Source: Gemmatimonadota bacterium
GTDB taxonomy: Bacteria > JBHIER01 > G020348925
NCBI GenBank assembly: GCA_020348925.1
Contig: CP070758.1
Location: 563,581 to 576,368, forward strand
Length of the DNA stretch: 12,788 nucleotides
Direction: 5' to 3'
Positions 1-8,130 of this stretch are shown here, piece after piece. Below the pieces are notes generated by a model that saw only the letters and a list, made by a program, of their open reading frames with translations, made no database searches and was not told the origin of the DNA. Numbering within the stretch: the first letter of the stretch is position 1; each line of letters starts with the position of its first letter. The position numbers were made by a program, and so were the translations under genes.

Positions 1-293
1 ATTCTTTTAACATTATGAACAGTAATTTGCTTTGTTGGTTCTGGAAGTGGTAAAAAGCGACGGTAGACATTTGAACGTCTATAAATAGAGTCTGGTTTAT
101 TTGGTTTTCCTTTTCTGACAAAGAGCAAACCGTATTTTACCAGCCAAGTGTTGGCTCTATCAATTTTATGATGATAAATAGGGTCCTTTAATCCGAGGCG
201 TTCTGCGACATATATACCCGAATTTCTTAAATCGATTTGAACCTCACAATTTTGATGTCGCTCAAATTCCTTTATTATCTCATAATGTGTCAT
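1..293 (-). CDS. 5'-partial hypothetical protein (N-terminal ~97 codons; ORF continues past the window start)
   Basis: ATG at 293-291 (minus strand). Open frame to the window edge with no stop. Hand translation: MTHYEIIKEFERHQNCEVQIDLRNSGIYVAERLGLKDPIYHHKIDRANTWLVKYGLLFVRKGKPNKPDSIYRRSNVYRRFLPLPEPTKQITVHNVKR. No recognisable family. Absent from the ORF track because it has no stop inside the window. Its frame stays open upstream into the IS end until the orfB TAA at 333-335. Confidence 0.3.
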   Translation of the reverse strand, partial: MTHYEIIKEFERHQNCEVQIDLRNSGIYVAERLGLKDPIYHHKIDRANTWLVKYGLLFVRKGKPNKPDSIYRRSNVYRRFLPLPEPTKQITVHNVKR

Positions 294-332
294 GTAGGTC
301 GTCAAAGCAAGTCGGAAGTTTGATACCACATA

Positions 333-1358
333 TTAAGAGACGCTTTCAGCAAAATCAAGCGATTTCTTAGTTCTTCCAATCACCCCCTTTCCTAAATTCT
401 CAAATCGTCTCAGTTTCAGCGTTTTCTCCTTGATGTAATCCCGCATCCTCAGGATCTTCTGTCCCCTCCCATGATACACATCGGCAGGCGTGAGATTGTC
501 CAATGACTCATGATAACGGTGGTTGTTGTAATACTCCACAAACTCACCGATGGCCAGTTTCAGATCACCAGGAAAGTAGTAATTATCGAGGGTCACCACA
601 TTCTTCATCGACCGGTGATACCGTTCGATCTTCCCCTGGGTCTGGGGATGATACGGTGCACTCCGGATATGAGCCATCTCCTTTTTGCCCAGATATTCCT
701 GCATCTGTTTCGATATATAGCATGGCCCGTTGTCTGACAAAAGCCTTGGTCTGTGTCGAACCTGGACTTCGCTCACACCGGTCTTCTCCAGGGCCAGATC
801 AAGCGTCTGCTCCACATCATCGGTTGACATGGTCGGTGTCAGTCTCCAGGACAAAATGTAACGGGAATAGTCATCCATGACCGTACACAGGTAATACCAG
901 CCCCAGTGGATGATCTTGAAGTAGGAGAAATCCGTCTGCCACAGCTCATTGACCTTTTTTGTCGGTTGATGGAACTTGTCACTGGCAGACACGACGATGT
1001 AGGCAGGACTGGTGATCAGATCATATGCCTTCAAGATCCTGTACACACTCGATTCCGATATGAAGTATTCCTGGGTATCGGTAATATGCCATGCCAGCTC
1101 CCGGGGGGATTTTTCCGGATATTCCAAAGCGATATCGACGATCTGCTCCCGAATAGGGTCAGGTATCCTATTCCAGAACCGCCTGGGGGTCGGCTTCCGG
1201 TCGGCCAGTCCATCATAGCCGTTCTCGTTATACCGCCGATACCAGTCATAAAAGGTGCTGCGACAGACATCAAGCTCTTTAAGGGTCTGTTTCACTGGTA
1301 GAGGCGACTCTTCTACCAATCTGATGATCTCCATCTTCTCTGCCTGGCTGTACCGCAT
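333..1358 (-). CDS. IS3-family transposase OrfB (HTH_21 + rve/DDE integrase core)
   Basis: 341 aa. The N-terminal HTH region is ...CRSTFYDWYRRY.... The integrase core shows the spacing typical of a DDE catalytic core: WQTDFSYF...VMDDY...LSDNGPCY...HPQTQGKIERYHRS. The ORF lies in the -1 frame relative to orfA and is open from the A-run. Confidence 0.9.
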   Translation of the reverse strand: MRYSQAEKMEIIRLVEESPLPVKQTLKELDVCRSTFYDWYRRYNENGYDGLADRKPTPRRFWNRIPDPIREQIVDIALEYPEKSPRELAWHITDTQEYFISESSVYRILKAYDLITSPAYIVVSASDKFHQPTKKVNELWQTDFSYFKIIHWGWYYLCTVMDDYSRYILSWRLTPTMSTDDVEQTLDLALEKTGVSEVQVRHRPRLLSDNGPCYISKQMQEYLGKKEMAHIRSAPYHPQTQGKIERYHRSMKNVVTLDNYYFPGDLKLAIGEFVEYYNNHRYHESLDNLTPADVYHGRGQKILRMRDYIKEKTLKLRRFENLGKGVIGRTKKSLDFAESVS

Positions 1359-1372
1359 ATACCGCCCAACCT

Positions 1373-1720
1373 TTATTCCATGCCTTTCAGACTTTTTTTA
1401 AACACTCGGTTCTTCAGAGCCAGTTCAGCCACTAACTGTTTGAGCTGTTCGTTCTCCTTGCGATAGGCTTCCACTTCACTGCTAGTCGCCTCACGCTCAG
1501 TATCACCCAACAGCCGTTTCTTCCCAGCTTCAAGGAACTCTTTACTCCAGCGATAATAAAGATTGGGGTTGATTCCTTCTCTGCGGCAGAGCGATTTGAT
1601 ACTCTCCTCTCCTCGCAGCCCTTCTAAAACGATCCCTATCTTCTCTTCAGCACTAAACTTTCTTCTCGTCCTTCGTTTAATCTCTCGTACGACAGATTCT
1701 GGTGTGGTCTTCTGTTCCAT
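1373..1720 (-). CDS. IS3-family transposase OrfA (HTH DNA-binding plus leucine-zipper region)
   Basis: 115 aa. Basic N-terminus RRTRRKFSAEEKIGIV (Transposase_8-like HTH) and heptad leucines in the C-terminus (EQLKQLVAELALKNRVF). Ends VFKKSLKGME* and overlaps the A7G slippery run. Confidence 0.85.
   Translation of the reverse strand: MEQKTTPESVVREIKRRTRRKFSAEEKIGIVLEGLRGEESIKSLCRREGINPNLYYRWSKEFLEAGKKRLLGDTEREATSSEVEAYRKENEQLKQLVAELALKNRVFKKSLKGME
1392..1402 (-). promoter_or_regulatory. Programmed -1 ribosomal frameshift site (TTT AAA AAA AGT in the orfA frame; A7G slippery run)
   Basis: The minus strand reads tttAAAAAAAGtct. The orfA frame reads TTT|AAA|AAA|AGT. The -1 frame has a TAA overlapping the run and is then open as AAA|AAG|TCT|GAA... 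through to the orfB ATG 36 nt downstream. This is the classic IS3 A6-7G motif producing an OrfAB fusion. Confidence 0.6.
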
Positions 1721-2032
1721 TTCTGACTCCTTTCGGAAGAGTCAAGGTAACAAAATCCATCTCTTAATTCAAACACCAAATCTGTCCGAAATGTTCTGAC
1801 GGCTCACAATGGCGAAGAAAATGGGAATTTCTCTGAATCTCTTGGTAAATAGTCTCATATCTCAAAATTTAACTGCAGAGGAGATTGATTACGACTTCAC
1901 AAAACGGTTTGACATGATAGAATCAAAGCTTAGTAAAACTCATGTCAGACGGTAAAGATAATTATCGTTCCTCGCCTAATTCTGTTCATGCTCAACCTAG
2001 CAGGTCATCCACAATTTATCCTAAAAGATTAC

Positions 2033-2061
2033 TTGACTTATAGATTTCTCTCTTTTACATT
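2033..2061 (+). promoter_or_regulatory. Candidate sigma70-type promoter for kptA (TTGACT-17-TACATT)
   Basis: TTGACT at 2033-2038, a 17-nt spacer, and TACATT at 2056-2061, about 80 bp upstream of the 2141 ATG. Hexamer resemblance only. Confidence 0.3.
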
Positions 2062-2080
2062 CGTATGCACGAAAGCATGT

Positions 2081-2107
2081 ATGCATGAATTTGGAAATGC
2101 ATGAATG
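2081..2107 (+). repeat. Direct repeat ATGCATGAAT x2 (2081-2090, 2097-2106) in the kptA leader, followed by a GTGTG-rich tract
   Basis: Exact 10-mer repeated with 16-bp periodicity. Each unit contains the palindromic ATGCAT hexamer. Lies between the candidate promoter and the start codon. Confidence 0.4.
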
Positions 2108-2140
2108 TGGATGTGTGTAAGTGTGTGAAGGATTGAATTC

Positions 2141-2746
2141 ATGATTGATGAAATTTCGCGAAGACCTGTCGAGGATGAGACGGATAGAAACCTCGTCAGG
2201 ATCAGCAAATTCCTTAGCCTTGTGCTGCGGCACAAGCCGGAGACGATCGGACTGGAACTGGATGAGCAGGGATGGGCACGGGTTGATGAACTTCTATCCA
2301 AAGCCAATATGGCGGATTTACCCATGGATAGGGTATTGTTACGCCAGGTGGTCGAAGGCAGCGACAAGAAACGGTTCGCGTTCAGTGCGGATGGTGAAAA
2401 GATTCGAGCCAACTATGGCCACTCGATCGCAATCGATCTTGGTCGTGAATCAGCCGAACCACCGGAATTCCTTTTTCACGGGACAGCTATACGTTTCATA
2501 GTATCTATAAAGATGAAAGGAATCATTCCACAAGAGCGAACACATGTGCATTTATCGCCGGATGAGGAGTCGGCGATGGAAGTGGGGCGCCGTCACGGCA
2601 GTCCTGTTGTTCTGACTATCAAAGCGCGTCGCATGTATGAAGACGGATTCAAATTCTACCCGTCGGCCAGTGGTATCTGGCTGACGGAAAAAGTACCCTC
2701 CGAGTATATCATATTTCCGGCCGATACAGATTATTCAATGTTTTAA
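2141..2746 (+). CDS. kptA: RNA 2'-phosphotransferase, KptA/Tpt1 family
   Basis: 201 aa. N-terminal LVRISKFLSLVLRHKPETIGLELDEQGWARVDELL matches the KptA family signature (SK.LS..LRH.P...GL..D..GW). The motifs HGT, HVHLS and VVL are also conserved. GAAGGA Shine-Dalgarno 8 nt upstream of the ATG. Confidence 0.85.
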   Translation: MIDEISRRPVEDETDRNLVRISKFLSLVLRHKPETIGLELDEQGWARVDELLSKANMADLPMDRVLLRQVVEGSDKKRFAFSADGEKIRANYGHSIAIDLGRESAEPPEFLFHGTAIRFIVSIKMKGIIPQERTHVHLSPDEESAMEVGRRHGSPVVLTIKARRMYEDGFKFYPSASGIWLTEKVPSEYIIFPADTDYSMF

Positions 2747-2908
2747 GAATCTCCATTTGTTGATCGTCGCAAGAATATGTGGATATGTTCTCTATTTGTT
2801 TTTGACTGTCCGCCAAATTCTATATGGTGAGTTAACAGAGAGACCAGATAGTGGAGATATAAGGTTAGGATTAATATTCTCTTCGCATGATTGAAGTCAT
2901 AAACTGAA

Positions 2909-3109
2909 TTCATCTTCTTTTTCTTTGCTGGCCAAAGAAAAAGAAGCAAAAAGAAAGGCCAGCCCAAATCCTTCGCCGAGACTGCAAAGGCTCACTTTAC
3001 TGTTTTTTCCAAACTCATCCCCGCTATCGCGGGGATTCATACACGGAAAAAAAGACCGCTTCGTTCGCCTGTCGGTCTAACGGCTCAGGCTTAAGGGCAC
3101 TAAAGAGCC
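2909..3109. repeat. Intergenic mosaic repeat family, copy 1 (201 bp)
   Basis: Opens TTCATCTTCTTTTTCTTTGCTGGCCAAAGAAAAAGAAG, an A/T-rich hairpin at 2914-2946. Contains the hairpins CCCCGCTATCGCGGGG (3019-3034) and GCCTG-N14-CAGGC (3067-3090). Closes ...CTCAGGCTTAAGGGCACTAAAGAGCC. Near-identical blocks recur at 7790-8065 and 8900-9316. Confidence 0.65.
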
Positions 3110-3385
3110 AAGACAACATAATTCTCAGGAATTGATCCCGTTTTTGATAACTCAATACTGTAAAAATCCCCTTGACGAAGCGGTGTGCACGTTGTACTTT
3201 AAGCGGAACTGCTCGACGGAGTTTCGCCGTCGCGATTAATGAAATTGGAATAGGGGCGAGTGTCCTCACGAGCCGAGTAACTCTTTGACTTTTTAACTTT
3301 TTCACCTTCATCGGAGTCCGGGAAAGTGTAGTTGTTGAAATATCTGTGAAGATTGAGTAAGAAATGATAAACGAAAGGAGCGACC

Positions 3386-4516
3386 ATGGGCACGGATAAC
3401 ATCATTTTCTTGGAAGTCATCGAATGGTTTGACAAGACGGGACAGGAGCTGGTGCATCGGATTCCTGAAAAAGGCTCGGGCGAGATCAAATTCGGGGCAC
3501 AGTTGATCGTCCGGGACAACCAGGCGGCGGTCATGTTTTACAAGGGCAAAGCCCTGGACGCTTTCGGGCCCGGCCGACATACTTTGAAAACGGGTAATAT
3601 CCCCATCCTTACCAAGATCCTGGTCATCCCCTGGGGAATGACGAGCCCCCTTCGCGCCGAGGTCTACATGGTCAATATGAAGGTCTTTCCCAACCTCAAG
3701 TGGGGCACGCGGGAGCCGGTGGCCTTCAAGGATTCGGAGCTGGGGCTGGTCCGACTGCGGGCCCACGGTGTGTTCAACCTTCAGGTGGTCCAGCCGGTGC
3801 TCTTCATCAACAGCCTCGTGGGTACCATGGGTATATTCACGACAGAGGAGGTCGAAGAATATCTTAAGCGCGTCATTGTGTCACGGTTTAACGATCACCT
3901 GGGTGAAGAACTGGATAACCTTTTCGATCTGCCCGGCAGGTATGAAGAATTGTCCGAAGGCTTGCAAAAACGCTTGCAGGAAGATTTTGGCCGTTTCGGT
4001 CTGAGCCTCGAACATCTCTATATCACGTCAATAACACCACCGCCTGACGTCCAGAAGGCCATCGACGACAAGAGCCGCCTCAGTGTGATTCAAGATCTGG
4101 ACAAATTGGTCAAGATGAAAGCGGCCATGGCCATGGAAAAAGCCTCCGAATCAACGGGTGAAGCCGGCGCAGGATTCGGCATGGGGATGGGTTTTATGAT
4201 GCCGGCCATGTTTGCCAGCGCAATGAGACCCGAGACCGAAACAAAATCGGCCGCGGCGAAAGAGAAAGTTCAATGCCCGGACTGTAAGAATGCGATTCCC
4301 GAGGATGCGAAATTCTGTCCCCACTGCGGGCATCAGCAGGTCGTCTTCGGCCAGTGCACCAACTGCGGGAAAAACCTGCCACCGAACGCGAAGTTCTGCC
4401 CCAGGTGCGGGCGTCAGGTGGACGAGAAACCCACGCTCAAAATATGTCCCCAGTGTAAAACTGAGAACCTGCCCGGGGCCGCCTTTTGCAATCAGTGCGG
4501 GGAAAAGTTAGGGTAA
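3386..4516 (+). CDS. SPFH/band-7 (stomatin-prohibitin-flotillin-like, COG4260/YdjI-type) protein with three C-terminal tandem zinc ribbons
   Basis: 376 aa. N-terminal [22 protein letters not shown]...[21 protein letters not shown] is typical of YdjI-type SPFH proteins. The C-terminus carries three C-x2-C-x9-11-C-x2-C units: [38 protein letters not shown] and [26 protein letters not shown] Shine-Dalgarno 6 nt upstream of the ATG. Confidence 0.8.
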   Translation: MGTDNIIFLEVIEWFDKTGQELVHRIPEKGSGEIKFGAQLIVRDNQAAVMFYKGKALDAFGPGRHTLKTGNIPILTKILVIPWGMTSPLRAEVYMVNMKVFPNLKWGTREPVAFKDSELGLVRLRAHGVFNLQVVQPVLFINSLVGTMGIFTTEEVEEYLKRVIVSRFNDHLGEELDNLFDLPGRYEELSEGLQKRLQEDFGRFGLSLEHLYITSITPPPDVQKAIDDKSRLSVIQDLDKLVKMKAAMAMEKASESTGEAGAGFGMGMGFMMPAMFASAMRPETETKSAAAKEKVQCPDCKNAIPEDAKFCPHCGHQQVVFGQCTNCGKNLPPNAKFCPRCGRQVDEKPTLKICPQCKTENLPGAAFCNQCGEKLG

Positions 4517-4517
4517 A

Positions 4518-5744
4518 ATGCATTTCACTGTCCAGCAGGAGTGTCCCCAGTGCGGCGGCCGCATTGAGCTTGAGGAGACCGACCACCTCATTCACTGCCC
4601 TTTTTGCCGTGTAAAGAATTTCCTCTTTGCCAAGGATTATCCGCGCTACATTCTCCCAGCGAAATCTCCAAAAAAAGAGATGATATATGCGCCGTATATG
4701 CGTTTCAAGGGTGTGGCCTTTTTCTGTTCCGGAACGTCCGTCCATCACCGGATCGTGGATGTGACCCTTCAGGGAACGAAATTGAAACAACTACCCCTAT
4801 CCCTGGGACTGAGGCCTCAAACACTGAAGATGGAATTTGTCTCTCCAAAGGTGACGGGCTCTTTTTTAAAGAACGCCATTGGTGTCAGCGATGTCTTCGC
4901 AAACGTGGGGAGCCGAAGATCCGTTTCCGGGGAAGAAAAACTGTTGCATCGAGCCTATGTCGGAGAGACACTGAGTTGTATCTATTCCCCTCTTTATGTC
5001 GAGAAGAATCAAGTCGTTGATGCTGTGACCAATAAACCCCTGACTGAACTTCCACATGGCGACGATGTTTTTGCTCAATTTACGGACACACATCCTGAGT
5101 GGCGGATTACGTTCATGTCCACTCTGTGTCCCAACTGCGGCTGGGATTTGGTGGGCGAACGGGACAGTGTGGTCTTGATCTGCAGGAACTGCAGTACAGT
5201 CTGGGAGGCGTCCGAAGGTAAGTTCATGGAGGTACAGTACAGCGTTGTTCCAGGCAAGAATGAGAGGACGGTGTATGTGCCCTTCTGGAGAATAACCGCC
5301 GAAGAGAACACCCTGCCGGTACATTCTTACGCTGATTTTATTCGAGTAACCGGGCAGCCAATGATGGTGCGGCAGGAGTGGGAGGCTCGGGAGATGTTCT
5401 TCTGCGTACCGGCCTTCAAGATCCGGCCCGGCGTTTTTCTGCGACTGGCGGTTCAGGCGACGTTTACTCAGCAGGATTTTGAAACTGATGGGGAGGGGCT
5501 TTCTGAAAACGTGTATCCGATCACGCTCCCACTAGCGGAAGCAGTTCAAGCCCTGAAAATTACTTTAGCGCGATCAACCGTGCATGAGAAAAAAGTCTTT
5601 CCGCTGCTTCCTCAGGTGAATTTTCGTGTCAAAGGTACAAATCTCGTTTTTCTCCCTTTCAGGGATAATGGAAATGAACTCATCCAGGAGCAGAAAGGAT
5701 TCAGTATTCTTAAAAATGCATTGAAGGCAGGGCGGAATTTGTGA
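4518..5744 (+). CDS. Zinc-ribbon protein with internal duplication (two ZnR + ~170-aa domain units); possible YdjG-like partner of the SPFH protein
   Basis: 408 aa. The ATG lies 1 nt after the upstream TAA, so the pair is translationally coupled. ZnR1 is CPQCGG...HCPFC (res 9-30). ZnR2 is CPNCGW...CRNCS (res ~206-227). Each is followed by a similar segment: YILPAKSPKKEMIYAPYMRF versus VQYSVVPGKNERTVYVPFWRI. No catalytic motif recognised. Confidence 0.65.
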   Translation: MHFTVQQECPQCGGRIELEETDHLIHCPFCRVKNFLFAKDYPRYILPAKSPKKEMIYAPYMRFKGVAFFCSGTSVHHRIVDVTLQGTKLKQLPLSLGLRPQTLKMEFVSPKVTGSFLKNAIGVSDVFANVGSRRSVSGEEKLLHRAYVGETLSCIYSPLYVEKNQVVDAVTNKPLTELPHGDDVFAQFTDTHPEWRITFMSTLCPNCGWDLVGERDSVVLICRNCSTVWEASEGKFMEVQYSVVPGKNERTVYVPFWRITAEENTLPVHSYADFIRVTGQPMMVRQEWEAREMFFCVPAFKIRPGVFLRLAVQATFTQQDFETDGEGLSENVYPITLPLAEAVQALKITLARSTVHEKKVFPLLPQVNFRVKGTNLVFLPFRDNGNELIQEQKGFSILKNALKAGRNL

Positions 5745-5785
5745 TTTAAGAGTTGTCCTTAAGGCACAGGTGGTTGCTGCGAAAT

Positions 5786-5825
5786 AGATTCTTCGACTCC
5801 GCTCCGCTTCGCTCAGAATGACAAA
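5786..5825 (+). repeat. ~40-bp REP-like element, copy A (GATTCTTCG-A-(CTYCG)3-CTCAGAATGACAAAG)
   Basis: The sequence is gattcttcgactccgctccgcttcgctcagaatgacaaag. It recurs at 10684-10722 in the same orientation and at 9528-9563 inverted. Pentamer order varies in the core. Confidence 0.6.
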
Positions 5826-6039
5826 GAGTTTTATGTCGACCCTCGCGACAATGTGAGGCAGGCACGGCTCAACGGCTGGCATGAAATCTAAAAAGAGAAA
5901 AATCCACCCTAACTCTCTTTTTCACAAGGAGGGGATAAAGACATCTTATGGAAGGTGGGATTGAGGGTATAGTAAAATCCTGTAAGATAAAATTTGTCGT
6001 ATAGGAAGTTTCTATGGAAGCTCTTTGGACAGAACGGAG

Positions 6040-6057
6040 CAGGGATATATATCCCTG
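6040..6057. promoter_or_regulatory. Perfect 18-bp palindrome CAGGGATATATATCCCTG upstream of the decarboxylase gene
   Basis: Exact inverted repeat CAGGGA-TATATA-TCCCTG, about 117 bp upstream of the 6174 ATG. Candidate operator, or a -10 region embedded in a hairpin. Confidence 0.35.
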
Positions 6058-6102
6058 CAATACTATTCGCCCGTCATACATATACTTGGCGATCAAGGAA
6101 AG

Positions 6103-6155
6103 GACGTAACCGTTCACCGAAACGGGCTTCGTTACCGTAACCGAATGACGTAACT
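6103..6155 (+). promoter_or_regulatory. Array of three CGTAAC(C/T) direct repeats immediately upstream of the decarboxylase start
   Basis: ACGTAACCG at 6104-6112, CGTAACCG at 6136-6143 and ACGTAACT at 6148-6155. The array ends about 20 bp before the GGAGGGG Shine-Dalgarno and the ATG. Candidate transcription-factor binding sites. Confidence 0.35.
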
Positions 6156-6173
6156 TGTCAATACGGAGGGGAA

Positions 6174-7616
<1,443 letters not shown>

Positions 7617-7789
7617 AAAACGATGCCATGACATTGAGTACCGAAATAAAATAAGAATATGTAGATACCTCTTTGAGGTTTGTTGTAGAGATGTCACACA
7701 TTCACGAGTTGAATATATGGTGTGAGGCTTTGAAAGAGCATAGATATAACATTTGTTAACTTCGTGTTTCAAACGGAACACGTAATGAA

Positions 7790-8065
7790 TACTTCTTTTT
7801 CTTTGCTGGCCAAGAATAAATTTGCTCACAATGAAAAAGAAAGGGGTACCATATCCGTTTGTCATTTTTCATTTTCTTTGCTTGTCCAAAGAAAATGAAG
7901 TAAAAGAAATGACAGCCCAATAAACCTTCGCCGGGATCGTCGGCGGTTCGCTTCGCTGTTTTTCCGAAACTCGTCCTCCCTGCGGTCGGACTCAGACAGC
8001 CGGAAAAACATCCGCTTCGCTCACTGGTCGATCTAACAGCTCAGGTTTCAGGGCATTGATGAGCC
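7790..8065. repeat. Intergenic mosaic repeat family, copy 2 (~276 bp; two A/T hairpin modules plus a divergent 3' module)
   Basis: Opens ACTTCTTTTTCTTTGCTGGCCAAG. Carries a second hairpin CATTTTCTTTGCTTGTCCAAAGAAAATGAAG, then ...GACAGCCCAATAAACCTTCGCCGGG.... The 3' module is ...CCGCTTCGCTCACTGGTCGATCTAACAGCTCAGGTTTCAGGGCATTGATGAGCC. Confidence 0.6.
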
Positions 8066-8090
8066 AATGTGTTCCGACAGCATACCTTCT

Positions 8091-8105
8091 CATTCTTGTG
8101 AGAAC
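8091..8105 (+). promoter_or_regulatory. Shared 15-mer CATTCTTGTGAGAAC, copy 1, 26 nt upstream of the ATG at 8131
   Basis: Identical 15-mer at 9641-9655, upstream of the next cassette gene. Contains the inverted repeat TTCT-N4-AGAA. Candidate shared promoter or operator. Confidence 0.4.
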
Positions 8106-8130
8106 CTGAAAATAAAGGTGCGGTTGTTCA

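Larger units (their letters stand above)
321..1778 (-). mobile_element. IS3-family insertion sequence, about 1.46 kb, apparently intact (orfA + orfB with -1 frameshift site)
   Basis: Two consecutive minus-strand ORFs with the IS3 OrfA/OrfB architecture. Imperfect terminal inverted repeats start 5'-TG and end CA-3'. The left end is TGATACCACATATTAAGAGACG at 321-342. The right end, reverse-complemented, is TGGTGTTTGAATTAAGAGATGG ending at 1778, with 14 of 22 positions matching, including the ATTAAGAGA block. The 1458-bp length is typical of IS3. Boundaries are uncertain by about 10 bp, and no clean 3-4 bp target duplication is visible. Confidence 0.7.

Noticed and set aside
503-1301. Plus-strand ORFs 503-880, 510-737, 906-1301 and 1012-1218 inside the IS
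   Set aside because: They are antisense to the well-supported transposase OrfB, lack a Shine-Dalgarno, and have low-complexity Ser/Pro/Gly-rich products typical of antisense frames.
2914-2946. A/T-rich hairpin CTTCTTTTTCTTTGCTGGCCAAAGAAAAAGAAG as a rho-independent terminator
   Set aside because: The stem is almost entirely A:T. No U-tract follows on either strand. It occurs at the 5' end of the repeat, upstream of genes. It does not fit an intrinsic terminator, and is more likely a protein-recognised hairpin.
2909-3109. Repeat copies as degenerate tRNA, tmRNA or another known structured RNA
   Set aside because: No GTTCRANYC T-loop box, no acceptor-stem/anticodon geometry and no CCA context. 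Stem covariation between copies is poor. For example, the GCCTG/CAGGC stem of copies 1 and 3 is disrupted in copy 2 without compensation.
3172-3200. TTGACG-17-TACTTT as the promoter of the SPFH operon
   Set aside because: The -10 matches only 3 of 6 positions, and the element is about 185 bp upstream of the ATG. Kept only as a weak possibility, not annotated as a feature.
3024-3311. Minus-strand ORFs 3024-3311 and 7992-8261, whose products share ALKPEPLDRQANEAVFF / ALKPELLDRPVSEADVF
   Set aside because: The peptide similarity comes from the conserved nucleotide sequence of the intergenic repeat copies. The third copy has a frameshifted, different ORF over the same nucleotides. No Shine-Dalgarno and no coherent start. 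Treated as non-coding repeat DNA.
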